A DNA stretch of 64,000 bases, from the IMG/VR virus record IMGVR_UViG_3300037512_001279, positions 1 to 64,000 of that record; one strand, given 5' to 3'. The position numbers and the translations under genes are program-made. Numbering within the stretch: the stretch's first letter is position 1; each line of letters opens with the position of its first letter. Positions 18,894-29,196 of the stretch are shown here, piece by piece. Below the pieces are notes generated by a model. That model did not search any database, was not told the DNA's origin, and was given only the letters and a program-made list of their open reading frames with translations. The stretch is from a virus. Its lineage: Duplodnaviria > Caudoviricetes.

Positions 18894-20866
18894 TGGCATT
18901 TAAAAGAAATGACCTTGCGAAAATGGAAGCCATTAAAAAGATGACTCCGTTGCAGTTGGCTGAGGACGCCGAGCTGAAAGAAAAACAGCAAAAGATTTCT
19001 ACTAAAGAGAAATTTGAACTTCACAGACAGCAAAGGGACGAATTTAATCAAGCCGAGAAGCAAGAACAAAAAGAACGCAGGGTTGAAAAAATAAAACAGG
19101 CTAAGGCTTCCAGTAAAAAGAAAACCGATAAGGAGATTCAGCAAGCAAAAACAGATCAGTTAATGAATACGATTGCTGAGAGAGCTTCTTATTACAGGGC
19201 AAATCCTCACAGGTTTGTTGAGGAATTTTTGGGCATTCACTTAAAGCTTTTTCAAAAGATATTGATTTTTGCAATGATGTTATACGATTACTACTACTAT
19301 ATTGCGAGTCGCGGTCAGGGAAAAACGTTTTTGGTAAGCTTGTATGCGGTTGTTCGATGTATTTTATATCCTGGCACAAAAATTCTTGCGTTTAGTTATA
19401 CATTTAAGCAAGGTAAAGAAGTAGTATTAAAAATTACAGATGATTTTATGCAACACTCTCCTCTTTTATGTAATGAAATAAAAAGGACTAGCACTGGTAT
19501 AAACGACTGTGGAGTATGGTTTAAGAATGGTTCGTGGATTCAGGTTAGAGTCGCAGGTGAGTCCAGTCGCGGCGCTAGGTCGAATATTATAATAATTGAT
19601 GAGTCTCGTATGGTATCACAGAAGATTTATGACACAATTATCCGTCCTATGAATGCCGTATCAAGACAGCCTGGATATCTTCGTAAGCCTGAATATCAGC
19701 ATTTACAAGAAATGAATAAAGAAATATTTATGACTTCTGCATGGTATAAGGCTAGTGAAATGTATGAAAAGGTTAAAACATATGTAGCAAATTCGCTTGA
19801 TGATAATAAAAAATATTTTATATGTGACCTACCATATGAACTTTCTATTGCAGAAGGTTTACTTATGCGAGAACAGATTGAAAACGAAATGTCTGAGGAA
19901 ACATTCTCTGACATCACATTTATGATGGAACGCGAAGGATTGTTTTATGGTTCTAGTGAGGATGCATTGTTTAATTACAATATTCTGAGTGAACGCAGAA
20001 ATCTGCAGGACGGATTTAAGCCATTAGATTATTATAAAGAGACTGCTACTCAGATTCCAAAGAAACAGGCTAACGAAACTAGAATACTGTCTTTGGATAT
20101 TGCACTTATGGCTTCTAAAAAGAATAAGAACGACGCAAGTTGTTTTATTATTAATCAGTGTATGAAGACAAATGAAGAAAGTTATTTGAGTAATATTTCT
20201 TATGTTGAAACTCAGGAAGGTCTTGTTACGGAAGAACTTGGACTGTTGGCAATGAGATATTTTTATCAGTATGATTGTGATTATTTTGCCATTGATGCGA
20301 ACGGTCTTGGGGTTGGAGTGGCCGATTTTATAATGACTCAAGATCGTTTTGATCCTGTTTACGGATGTTTTTACAAGGCGATGAGTGCTATTAACAATGA
20401 TGAAATAAATGCTCGTTGTAAAACTAAAGATACAACAAAATGTCTTTATATTATCAAAGCAAACGCTAAAATGAACAATGATATGTGCTTATCTTTAAGA
20501 GCGGCATTTCAGAATGGTTATATTAATCTTTTACTGTCCGAAACGGACATGGAAGATAAATGGTCTACAAAAATTAAAGGTTATAACAAACTGTCTGACA
20601 GGCAGAAAGCAATGCTTTCGTTGACACATTATCAGACTACATTCCTTATTGATGAGTTAATCAACCTTGATCATGAGATTGTTAATGGACTTGTTAAGGT
20701 TAAGGAAAAGTCCGGTATGCGCAAGGATAGATATAGTAGTTTGGAATATAATCTTTATGTTGTGGATCAATTAAGATTAAAGAAAAAGAAACAATATACA
20801 GAAAAGAATGATCTTGTTTCTCGGCTGCCAATTAGGAAAGGTAGCCGTTTTTCTATGCTTAGATAA
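18893..20866 (+). CDS. terL: terminase large subunit (YonF-like)
   Basis: Walker A ASRGQGKT, SRGAR, Walker B IIIIDE, nuclease LSLDIA..ND, KDRYSS. Confidence 0.92.
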   Translation: MAFKRNDLAKMEAIKKMTPLQLAEDAELKEKQQKISTKEKFELHRQQRDEFNQAEKQEQKERRVEKIKQAKASSKKKTDKEIQQAKTDQLMNTIAERASYYRANPHRFVEEFLGIHLKLFQKILIFAMMLYDYYYYIASRGQGKTFLVSLYAVVRCILYPGTKILAFSYTFKQGKEVVLKITDDFMQHSPLLCNEIKRTSTGINDCGVWFKNGSWIQVRVAGESSRGARSNIIIIDESRMVSQKIYDTIIRPMNAVSRQPGYLRKPEYQHLQEMNKEIFMTSAWYKASEMYEKVKTYVANSLDDNKKYFICDLPYELSIAEGLLMREQIENEMSEETFSDITFMMEREGLFYGSSEDALFNYNILSERRNLQDGFKPLDYYKETATQIPKKQANETRILSLDIALMASKKNKNDASCFIINQCMKTNEESYLSNISYVETQEGLVTEELGLLAMRYFYQYDCDYFAIDANGLGVGVADFIMTQDRFDPVYGCFYKAMSAINNDEINARCKTKDTTKCLYIIKANAKMNNDMCLSLRAAFQNGYINLLLSETDMEDKWSTKIKGYNKLSDRQKAMLSLTHYQTTFLIDELINLDHEIVNGLVKVKEKSGMRKDRYSSLEYNLYVVDQLRLKKKKQYTEKNDLVSRLPIRKGSRFSMLR

Positions 20867-20880
20867 AGGGGGTGCATGAA

Positions 20881-22422
20881 ATGGCACAATATAAGAAGGG
20901 CGCATCTAATGCACCCACCAAGAAACAGCCTACCGCAGCAGAAATGCGTGAGTGGTATGAAAAGAATAAAGGTATATTAGATAAATATGCTGCTATTAAA
21001 GAAGCTTTGTTGAATTTTAGAGATATATCTAAATCAACAAATTTCAAGTCTATTCAAAGTATACCGCAAGAGCAGTTAAAAGAATATCTTGAAAATCCCA
21101 CTTCTTATGAAGGTAAGTTAAGAGATATATCTTGGTATCTTCTTTCAAGATCGCAGGTGTATTACAGGTTAATCAAGTATAACGCAAACATGTTTATGCT
21201 TGATGCTAGAAGTGTAATTCCAGAATATTCTCTTACCAAAGAGAATAATAAGGATAAGATTTTGAAGTCATATGAGAAGACTTTGAAAATATTAAATCAG
21301 ATGGGTCTTAAGTATGAGTTTCTTAAAGTAACAACTGATTGTTTTGTACAGGATGTATTTTACGGCGTTGTATATTTTGATGAAAATTCAAATACAACCC
21401 CATCAATGTTCATATTACCAATACCTCCTGAATATTGTAAAATTCAGGGCTTATGGTCTAATGGTACATTTGCATATGCAATGGATATGACGTTCTTTAA
21501 GAAGTATTCGAATCTATTAGATATGTGGGGAGAACCTTTTACTACTCTTTATAGGGAATATGAAAAAGACAATATTCGATGGAAGTTAATGCCTCAAAAA
21601 TGGGGAGTTTGCATGAAGTTTAGAATTGAAGATCCTGAAATAATATTAAGTCCGTTCTTGGGCCTATTCTCAGCATTATTGGGTCTTAACGAGAGGGAGG
21701 ATCTTGATAATATTGCAGCCGAGCAAGAGATTTATAAATTGCTTGTGGCAACAATGCCGTTAATTAGTGGGTCTGAAAACCCAGACGATTTTGCAGTTGA
21801 CCCATCGATTTGTCTAGAATACTTCTCTAAATTATGTGATGCGTTGCCACAGTATACTGATGCAATCATCACTCCTATTCCAATTGAGGCAATTAGTTTT
21901 AATAATGATACTGTCACTTCTGATACAAATAAAATACAGAACGCAACAAAAACTGTATTAAATACATCTGGCGGAAGTCAGGTGCTGAATTCTGCAGATA
22001 TTTCTTCTAGTTCCGGTTATAAGATGGCTGCTATTGCAGATACTGCATTTGCAATATCTACTCTTTTGCCACAGATTGAGGCATGGGTAAATTATTTTGT
22101 TGGTCAATATGTTAGTCATCCTTGTAAGATTAAATTCTTTGAGGTATCAAAATATACTGCAGAAGACTTTAGAAAGAATTTACTTGAAGACGCACAGAAT
22201 GGATTGCCAACAAAACTTGCAATTGCATCAATGAACGGTCTATCAGAACTAGATACATTATCATTAAACTTCTTAGAACAGGACATACTTAAACTTTCAG
22301 ATCGTTTTGACTCTCCTTTGTCTACGAGTTACACACAGACTAGCAATAAAACTGCTGGTGGGCAAGAGAAGGATATTGGTGATTTGTCAGACGAGGGTGA
22401 GCGTAGTCGAGATAAAAAATGA
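20881..22422 (+). CDS. portal protein (YonE-like)
   Basis: About 510 aa directly after terminase; position and size. Confidence 0.75.
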   Translation: MAQYKKGASNAPTKKQPTAAEMREWYEKNKGILDKYAAIKEALLNFRDISKSTNFKSIQSIPQEQLKEYLENPTSYEGKLRDISWYLLSRSQVYYRLIKYNANMFMLDARSVIPEYSLTKENNKDKILKSYEKTLKILNQMGLKYEFLKVTTDCFVQDVFYGVVYFDENSNTTPSMFILPIPPEYCKIQGLWSNGTFAYAMDMTFFKKYSNLLDMWGEPFTTLYREYEKDNIRWKLMPQKWGVCMKFRIEDPEIILSPFLGLFSALLGLNEREDLDNIAAEQEIYKLLVATMPLISGSENPDDFAVDPSICLEYFSKLCDALPQYTDAIITPIPIEAISFNNDTVTSDTNKIQNATKTVLNTSGGSQVLNSADISSSSGYKMAAIADTAFAISTLLPQIEAWVNYFVGQYVSHPCKIKFFEVSKYTAEDFRKNLLEDAQNGLPTKLAIASMNGLSELDTLSLNFLEQDILKLSDRFDSPLSTSYTQTSNKTAGGQEKDIGDLSDEGERSRDKK

Positions 22423-22431
22423 TAAAGGTAG

Positions 22432-22620
22432 GTGATAAAGGTGAAATATAACTTTATTCGCACACAGGATAAAGACACATTTAAACTATTAAAGGATCAA
22501 GGTTTTCAGCTTATAGACGACAAAAATGGATTTTTCACTTTTGTCAATGATAAAACCTTGAAATTTGATGAAGGTGTAGATGTATCAAAAGTGCAATACA
22601 CAAACATGCTTTGTATTTAA
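22432..22620 (+). CDS. hypothetical protein
   Basis: 62 aa, FIRT.D..T...L...GF.L pattern; follows portal. Confidence 0.6.
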   Translation: MIKVKYNFIRTQDKDTFKLLKDQGFQLIDDKNGFFTFVNDKTLKFDEGVDVSKVQYTNMLCI

Positions 22621-22767
22621 TTGTAAAAAAAAATAATAAAAACAGAGAATTATTATATAGACATTCTACAATATAACGTATGGTTTTGTGTGATCCAATT
22701 ACATTGAAGAATTAATTTTGAGCATAGTGACATACTACGCTCTTATTAATTTTAAAGGAGACAATAT

Positions 22768-23982
22768 ATGTCATTTAATTTAGATACCAATTTATATGAG
22801 GGCTTTATTTATAAAATTGTAAATGATATAAATGACAAAATTTATATTGGACAAACTACATTATCTATAAAAGAGCGATGGCATGGTCATATGAGCGCCG
22901 CATTGTCAGAGAATAGATATAAATCCGCATTATATTCAGCAATGAGAAAATATGGGAGAAGCATGTTTCATATCATTGAAGTTGAAAAAATATGTTGTGA
23001 TTCTTTGGATGACTTGATAAACGAATTGAATACAAAGGAAGAAGAATACATACATATATTTAAGTCGTTAACATCTCAATGCGGATATAATTGTGAGAAG
23101 GGTGGAAATAATAAAAGAGTTCCTGGTCGTGTAGTAAATAAGTATGATATAAATTTAAATTTTATATGTCAGTATGATTCTTGCGAAGAAGCAGGGAGAC
23201 AAAATAATATTGATGGATGTACTATTTACGGATGTTGTAAGCATTATTATTATACAGCGAATGGGTTTGTTTGGGCATTTAATGGAGAAGAGCCAATTAG
23301 ACCGCCATATTTAGATAGAGAAAAACCAAAAAAGAAAAAATATAAAACACCAAGTAAAGCAATGGATTCAGCCTTAAAATACAAAAGGCGTTTAGAGAGA
23401 TTAAATTGGAATAAACAAAGAATTTTTGTTTATAATTCTTTTGGTGATGTTGTTGACATTTATGATGATATAATTCAGGCGTCGATTGGACTAAATATTA
23501 AACATGCAGAGTTAATTAAAAATCTAGAAGGAACCAATCTTTGTTATAAAAAATATGTCTTGAGATATGAATGCGACCCATTTGATAAATATCCAAGATC
23601 CGTATTTTTACAACCAATTTCTGTTTATAACATACAAGGAAAATTAATTCAAAATTTTGAGACGATTAAAGACGCAGAAAATTTTATAGGATGCCAAGAA
23701 GGAGAAATAACAAAAACGATCAAAAGAGGCGGTAGTTGTTGTGGTTTTCTTTTATCAAAATATGGAGAGCAATTAGTAAGAAAAATAGATTCATTAGAGC
23801 ATAAAATCTTAATGTGTGATGATAATAATAATGTTATTCGTGAATACAAAACAAAAAAAAGCGTTGCTGACTATTTTGGTGTAACAGATTTACATCATGA
23901 ATTAGATTTTGCTATAAAAAACAACATAAAATATAGGGGATATTATTGGAAATATCTAGAAGAGTTTCCAGTACTTATATAA
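22768..23982 (+). CDS. free-standing GIY-YIG homing endonuclease with NUMOD1-type repeats
   Basis: GFIYKI.N..NDKIYIGQT...ERW, GYN, repeated NUMOD1-like units; AT-rich. Confidence 0.85.
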   Translation: MSFNLDTNLYEGFIYKIVNDINDKIYIGQTTLSIKERWHGHMSAALSENRYKSALYSAMRKYGRSMFHIIEVEKICCDSLDDLINELNTKEEEYIHIFKSLTSQCGYNCEKGGNNKRVPGRVVNKYDINLNFICQYDSCEEAGRQNNIDGCTIYGCCKHYYYTANGFVWAFNGEEPIRPPYLDREKPKKKKYKTPSKAMDSALKYKRRLERLNWNKQRIFVYNSFGDVVDIYDDIIQASIGLNIKHAELIKNLEGTNLCYKKYVLRYECDPFDKYPRSVFLQPISVYNIQGKLIQNFETIKDAENFIGCQEGEITKTIKRGGSCCGFLLSKYGEQLVRKIDSLEHKILMCDDNNNVIREYKTKKSVADYFGVTDLHHELDFAIKNNIKYRGYYWKYLEEFPVLI

Positions 23983-24010
23983 AATTTGAAGAAAGGAGGT
24001 ATGTGCAAGA

Positions 24011-25633
24011 ATGAGGATTCTAACTTTAGATGAATTATATTCGTTCTGTCAGAAAAACAAGGTACACAAATTCTCTTCAAATGAAACTGGATCTCAGATT
24101 GTAGTTCAGATTCCAACACAGTTTGAGATTGATAATAAATATGTCGATGATACTCTTCTTTTCTGCAAGGTTAAGCTAATGCACGCAGGAGAGAACAGAA
24201 ACCACTCTTCTATTTCAGATGATGCGCTCAAAAAAGCAGGGCAAGGAATTGCTTATAAGCCTGTATTGGCAAACTTTATGGAATATATAGACGAAGAGAC
24301 TGGGGAAACATTACAAGATTTCACATCACATGACATTATCTTAAATGATGACGGAAGCGTAACTTATCTAGAAAGACAAATTGGCAGTTTTACTGCCGAT
24401 GAACCTTATTATGAAGTTGAGGAATCAACTGGACATTTGTTTATGTATGCATACTGTGCAATTCCAAAAGAGTATACTCACGCCGCTGAAATTATTGAGC
24501 GTAAAAATGGAACAAAAGTGTCAGTAGAACTTGCTATTAATGAGTTACAATACAATGCAAAAGATAAGGTTCTTGACATTACAGACTATGTTATTCTTGG
24601 AGCTACTTGCCTTGGTAAAAATCCTAACACCCTTGAAGATGTTGGGGAAGGCATGCTTAACGCAAGGCTTGACATTGCAGATTTTAGCGTTGCAAAAGAC
24701 TCCGTTAAGTTTGACAAGGATGAGAAGATAATTGAGTTATTGGAAAAGGTTAATACTGCCCTCTCCAATTTCAATATACAATTTTCGAAGGAAGGAGGAA
24801 ACCAAGAAAACATGAAGTTTGAGGAACTTTTAAAGAAGTACAATAAAACTGCAGAAGACATTGATTTTGATTATTCTAACATGTCTGATGAAGAGCTTGA
24901 GGCAAAGTTTGCTGAGTTGTTCGGTGAAGTTGTAGAGAAGTTTGATGATGATCCTGCAGATCCTGATGATCCGGCTGATCCTGATGATCCGACTGATCCT
25001 GATGATCCGACTGATCCTGATGATCCGACTGATCCTGATGATCCTGACGACACGGGGGATGATGATAAGGATAAGGATGATGATCCTGTAGACCCGCCTA
25101 CTCCGCCTGATCCGCCAGCACCAGAACCAACTCCTGAACCTGAACCAGACGGCTCTGAAGATGATGATGCTGCATATCTTGAAAAAAATAAAAATAAGTT
25201 TGAGATGAACATCAGACTTGGTGAAAGGGAGTTTGCTCTTTCTCTTCAGGAAAAGATTTATGCGATTAATGATCTTGTTAATGCTACTTATGCTGATGCA
25301 GACAACACTTGGTATGGCGTTCAGGTATTTGACGAATATGTTGTAATGCAGGATTGGTGTACTGGAAAATATTTCAAACAGTCTTATTCTGAGACTAATG
25401 GCGTGTTCGCTCTTGTTGGTGACAGAGTTGCAGTATTTGCTGAGTTTGTTACCGAAGAGGAACAGAATTCTCTTAATGAGATGAGAGCTAATTATGATGC
25501 TCTTGTTCAGTTTAAGAAGGATACTGAGGAGAAGAGATTCTTCGCAGTTGACAAAAATAGTCCCGTAAAGGTATTTGCTAATGTTAACAAAACCGGCAAG
25601 GAAAGTCGTTACGGTGATTTGTTTAAGAGATAA
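24011..25633 (+). CDS. prohead protease-scaffold fusion (YonD-like)
   Basis: H.GENRN, VSVE, ATCLG protease motifs; acidic C-terminal scaffold; internal GGAGG and ATG at 24812. Confidence 0.8.
   Translation: MRILTLDELYSFCQKNKVHKFSSNETGSQIVVQIPTQFEIDNKYVDDTLLFCKVKLMHAGENRNHSSISDDALKKAGQGIAYKPVLANFMEYIDEETGETLQDFTSHDIILNDDGSVTYLERQIGSFTADEPYYEVEESTGHLFMYAYCAIPKEYTHAAEIIERKNGTKVSVELAINELQYNAKDKVLDITDYVILGATCLGKNPNTLEDVGEGMLNARLDIADFSVAKDSVKFDKDEKIIELLEKVNTALSNFNIQFSKEGGNQENMKFEELLKKYNKTAEDIDFDYSNMSDEELEAKFAELFGEVVEKFDDDPADPDDPADPDDPTDPDDPTDPDDPTDPDDPDDTGDDDKDKDDDPVDPPTPPDPPAPEPTPEPEPDGSEDDDAAYLEKNKNKFEMNIRLGEREFALSLQEKIYAINDLVNATYADADNTWYGVQVFDEYVVMQDWCTGKYFKQSYSETNGVFALVGDRVAVFAEFVTEEEQNSLNEMRANYDALVQFKKDTEEKRFFAVDKNSPVKVFANVNKTGKESRYGDLFKR
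24959..25048 (+). repeat. five tandem 18-bp repeats encoding DPDDP(T/A)
   Basis: Unit GATCCTGATGATCCGACT with minor variants. Confidence 0.9.
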
Positions 25634-25787
25634 TTTCAATATTGATGCTCCTTTTTAGTGGAAAGTTTAGCAAAATCAGCTAAACTTTTTTATTTTTGGA
25701 GAATTATATATTGAGGTTGGGCTGTGGCCCATTAATGAGAATTGTGCGGGTATTCCGCGTCTCACCTCCTGATAAGGAGGGAAATTT

Positions 25788-26453
25788 ATGAGAAAGGTTA
25801 CAACAGAAGAATTTAAACAAGCCGTATTTGATATGTACGGTGACGAATATACAGTGATTGATGAGTATTGTGGTTTTTTGAAGAGTATTAATATTCTACA
25901 TAATAAATGTGGAAAAGTATATAAGTATTCATGTGGTGGAAGATTTTTGCGCGGTATATCTAAATGTCCGTATTGCAATATTGATCAACATGTTTGCCTT
26001 GAGAAAGAAAAACTTGCTAATGCTAATGGTGTTAAATATATTGCAGTTGATATGAGGTATTCTACATTAGATTATTGTAAAAATTCAATTATTAACTCTG
26101 ATTTCTTTTCTCAATTTGATTTAAATGAGATCGATTGGGATGAGGCTGATACATTTGCTTGTAAATCTATCATTGTTCAAATTGCTAATGATTGGAACAA
26201 CGGATTATGCAATGTGAAAGAGCATGCAGTAAAATATCATTTATCCACTACTACTATTTACAAATATCTCGAAAGAGCAAATTCTTTACAATTGTGTTCT
26301 TTTGATAAAAAAGAATATATTCATCAAACCAGAAAATTAAGTTATGTATATTCAAATAATGTAAAAGTAAAATCTGTTGAAACTGGCATAATTTATAATT
26401 CAATAGCCGAAGCCCGAAGATTGGCAGGGCGCATCTTACAAGGGAGAATATAG
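25788..26453 (+). pseudogene. degenerate homing-endonuclease-like gene (Zn-ribbon repeat plus truncated NUMOD1)
   Basis: EEFK..YGDEY..HNKCG..CPYC N-terminus and VETG.IYNSIAEA C-terminus; no recognisable catalytic motif. Confidence 0.5.
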
Positions 26454-26509
26454 GAAATCCAAATAGGATGTCTGCTAATCAACATTGGGTTTATGCATAA
26501 AACATTTTA

Positions 26510-26536
26510 AGAGCATCTTAGTAGATGCTCTTTTTA
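26510..26536 (+). terminator. intrinsic terminator
   Basis: AGAGCATCT-TAGT-AGATGCTCT followed by T-run. Confidence 0.7.
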
Positions 26537-26560
26537 AATTTTTAAAAGGAGGAAAAAACA

Positions 26561-27037
26561 ATGGCTATATCTTACACGATTGCCCAGCACGGTGAAGCTT
26601 TCACCTCGAAAGTTAAGTCGAGCATTTGTGGGCATATTATGAATATTGAGCTTAAAGAAGATTGTGATAACGGCTGGTTCGTGGCGCCTGGAAATTGGAA
26701 AGAGCTTGATCTTTACGAGCAGGCTGCTCCTACTAGTGTTTCTGCAATCGTACGTGACAAGGCTGCAAACGGAAATTGGTACTGCGAGATAGTATCGGCA
26801 AGCAATGCTTTCCTGGTAGCTCAATGTCCAGTTATTGACGAAGAATTTACTAAAAACTTTAAGAAGCTTTCTAACTTCTACAATAAGGCTGGCGATGTAG
26901 TTCGTGCTTACGAGCTTGCACCTTATGACATTATTGAACTTAGTCCTCTTGCATTCAAGGGAACTGTTGCTAAGGGAGATACTGTATCCCTTCAGGCCAT
27001 TACTGGCGTAACTTACGCTAAGCAGCTTGGCGCATAA
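26561..27037 (+). CDS. head decoration/minor capsid protein (YonC-like)
   Basis: 158 aa immediately upstream of MCP; DNG, FYN.AG..VRAY motifs; strong AAAGGAGG RBS. Confidence 0.65.
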   Translation: MAISYTIAQHGEAFTSKVKSSICGHIMNIELKEDCDNGWFVAPGNWKELDLYEQAAPTSVSAIVRDKAANGNWYCEIVSASNAFLVAQCPVIDEEFTKNFKKLSNFYNKAGDVVRAYELAPYDIIELSPLAFKGTVAKGDTVSLQAITGVTYAKQLGA

Positions 27038-27060
27038 TTCAGGAAAGGAGGATAAATAAA

Positions 27061-27446
27061 ATGTTTAAAGAGAGCGTTAGAAATTTAATGTTTGATCTTG
27101 GCACTGGCCGTGAGATTTACGACGCAGAGGAAAACCGCGTCATCTCCAAGGCAGAAGCTAGTGAAGTTATCAGAAATGCTTGTTTTGAGTATCTTGGACT
27201 TGACAAGAATGCAAGTCCCAAGGCAATTAAGAGAGCATTAGATCCTCATACTGAGAAGTGCAAGCAGTTCTTTGAGATTATTGAGGAGATTATTGATACT
27301 CAGATTGTATATGGTCTGTCTGAGAACGAGTTCTTCAACGAGTTTGTTGATACGAAGAACATGAAAGACGGCGACGCAAATGAGTTCTGGGTAGACGAAG
27401 ACGTTCTGTTGACCGTTTCTAAGGTTAGCGGCGACCATCATGATTT
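27061..27446 (+). CDS. major capsid protein exon 1 (join 27061..27446,27846..28524; 354 aa)
   Basis: Splicing gives ..SGDHHD-L-SMQRL.. in frame; position after the decoration protein; strong RBS. Confidence 0.8.
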
Positions 27447-27845
27447 TCATTGTAGAATCCGCGTAGCGTAAGTTGCGTGATAAAACATTCATTGAATTGC
27501 TGGAAACCCCTAAAGACAATTAAACCACAACGCAAGGATGAAATATGCCTAATCGTGATGGTTACGAAAGTAGAAAAAATTAATTGTATGAAGACGAGGT
27601 TAAATCCCCTGTCTTTTTTTAATGGGCAATCAGCAGCCAAGCTCCGAACAAGAGAAGGTTCGACGGTCATTCCATTGGTCATAGAGATATGACAATAGAA
27701 GTACGGCTCAAGCGAGTGGGTGAAATTCCCTTAAATGGAAGTGGTGAATATCCTTTATAGGATAATGATATGACCTGTTCACGTGTGAGAGCACGTGGGG
27801 TTCAATAACCCAACATGGCGTAGCGTCCATAGTTAAACATTAAAG
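27447..27845 (+). mobile_element. group I intron (IA-like, ORF-less, 399 nt) in major capsid gene
   Basis: P1 GATTT/GAATC with U-G at 5' splice site, P4 TGCTGG/TCAGCA, P3 ATTCATT/GGTGAAT, P7 GGTCAT/ATGACC, terminal G 27845, P10 CATTG/CAATG. Confidence 0.88.
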
Positions 27846-28524
27846 ATCAATGCAGAGACTGGCAGAGGGTCAGGCTTACCACGTTGATACCGCAGTATAC
27901 GGCATCAAGGTTGGCGAGAATATCCGCCTGTTCCTTACCGGCAGAAAGAATTGGGGAGATTTTGTAGATGCAGTTGTTAAGGCTTACATCAACAAGGTTC
28001 AGACCATCATTGCTAGTCAGTTCGCTAATGGTGTGAACATTATTCCCGTACCTTCAGTTCTTACTGGTACTGGTACTCTTGATTCCACCACGAAGGCACA
28101 GTTTGACGCAATTATTGAGAAGGTTGGTGCTTCCAATAACAGTGGCGTTGTGATTATGGGTACTAAGACTGCTCTTAGAAACCTGACCGCACTTACCAAG
28201 ATTGATTGGGCATCTCCTGCTGCATCTATCAAGGAAGCAGTTGCTAACACTGGTATTATCGGTACTTATGAAGGCACTCCTCTTATGGAGATCCCTCAGA
28301 AGTTTACGGATAAGACTCTTGCTACTCCTATCGTTGACAACGGCAAAGTATGGATTATGCCTGCAGTTGACAACAAGTTCATCAAATTCGTTGACTACGG
28401 CGAGTCCGAGTTGACCGTTGATGAGAAGGGTGCTACGAGAGACGACATGCAGTCTTACGAGGTTCAGAGACGTTTCGGCGTTGCTACTCTTATGCAAAGA
28501 TACCATGGTGAATGGGAATTCTAA
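27846..28524 (+). CDS. major capsid protein exon 2
   Basis: Continues in frame after the intron; no RBS of its own; HK97-like GTYEGTPLMEIP segment. Confidence 0.8.
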
Positions 28525-28607
28525 ATTAACTAGAATTCTAGGTAAAATTATATAGAGAGGGTAATACTGCTGCCCTCTCTAAAAAAGGAAAAGGAAGGAA
28601 AAATACA

Positions 28608-29177
28608 ATGGCATACATTAAAAAAACTGAAAGTAATGCTGCTACCAAATCTACTAAAGCAACAGCTAGTACAAAAGAAGCTGTTAAAGAAGTAAAAGAA
28701 CCTGTAAAGAAGGAAAAGGTTTTTCAACCCACGGATGCAATTCCTTGCCGTTCCGTAACAAGCGGGCCTTTGTATCTTACAGGAACAAGGTCTGGCATTC
28801 CTTATACATGGGCAGATTACAATGACATTCAGGATGTTGAATACCGCGACCTTATTTATCTTGCAAGAACTAGTGGAAACAAGTACATATATAATCCAAG
28901 GTTCATTATTGAGGATGAAGATTTCGTTAATCAGAATCCGAAGGTTAAGGAGTTATATGATTCTATTTTTAACACAAATGACCTTAGAGATATTGTTAAG
29001 CTTCCTGTTAAGAGTATGGTTGCAGAAATTAACAGACTTCCTGAAGGTGCAAGAAATTCCTTTAAGGGAATTGTTACTACCATGATTTATAATCATGAGA
29101 TTGACAGCGTCCAGAAGATTAAGGCTATTGATGAAATATTTGGTACAAAGATATTGCTGATGTTAGCACAAGAGTAA
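28608..29177 (+). CDS. hypothetical head-associated protein (YonA-like position)
   Basis: 189 aa after MCP, K/E/A-rich N-terminus. Confidence 0.6.
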   Translation: MAYIKKTESNAATKSTKATASTKEAVKEVKEPVKKEKVFQPTDAIPCRSVTSGPLYLTGTRSGIPYTWADYNDIQDVEYRDLIYLARTSGNKYIYNPRFIIEDEDFVNQNPKVKELYDSIFNTNDLRDIVKLPVKSMVAEINRLPEGARNSFKGIVTTMIYNHEIDSVQKIKAIDEIFGTKILLMLAQE

Positions 29178-29196
29178 TTCACGGAGGTGTACGGCG

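Noticed and set aside
24959-25048. CRISPR array
   Set aside because: Tandem coding repeats without spacers
24830-25639. Long minus-strand ORFs here and opposite other genes
   Set aside because: Shadow ORFs of repetitive or biased + strand coding sequence, with no RBS or motifs
27061-28524. Capsid and TMP as pseudogenes or frameshifted genes
   Set aside because: The gaps carry group I helices and precise removal restores the reading frames
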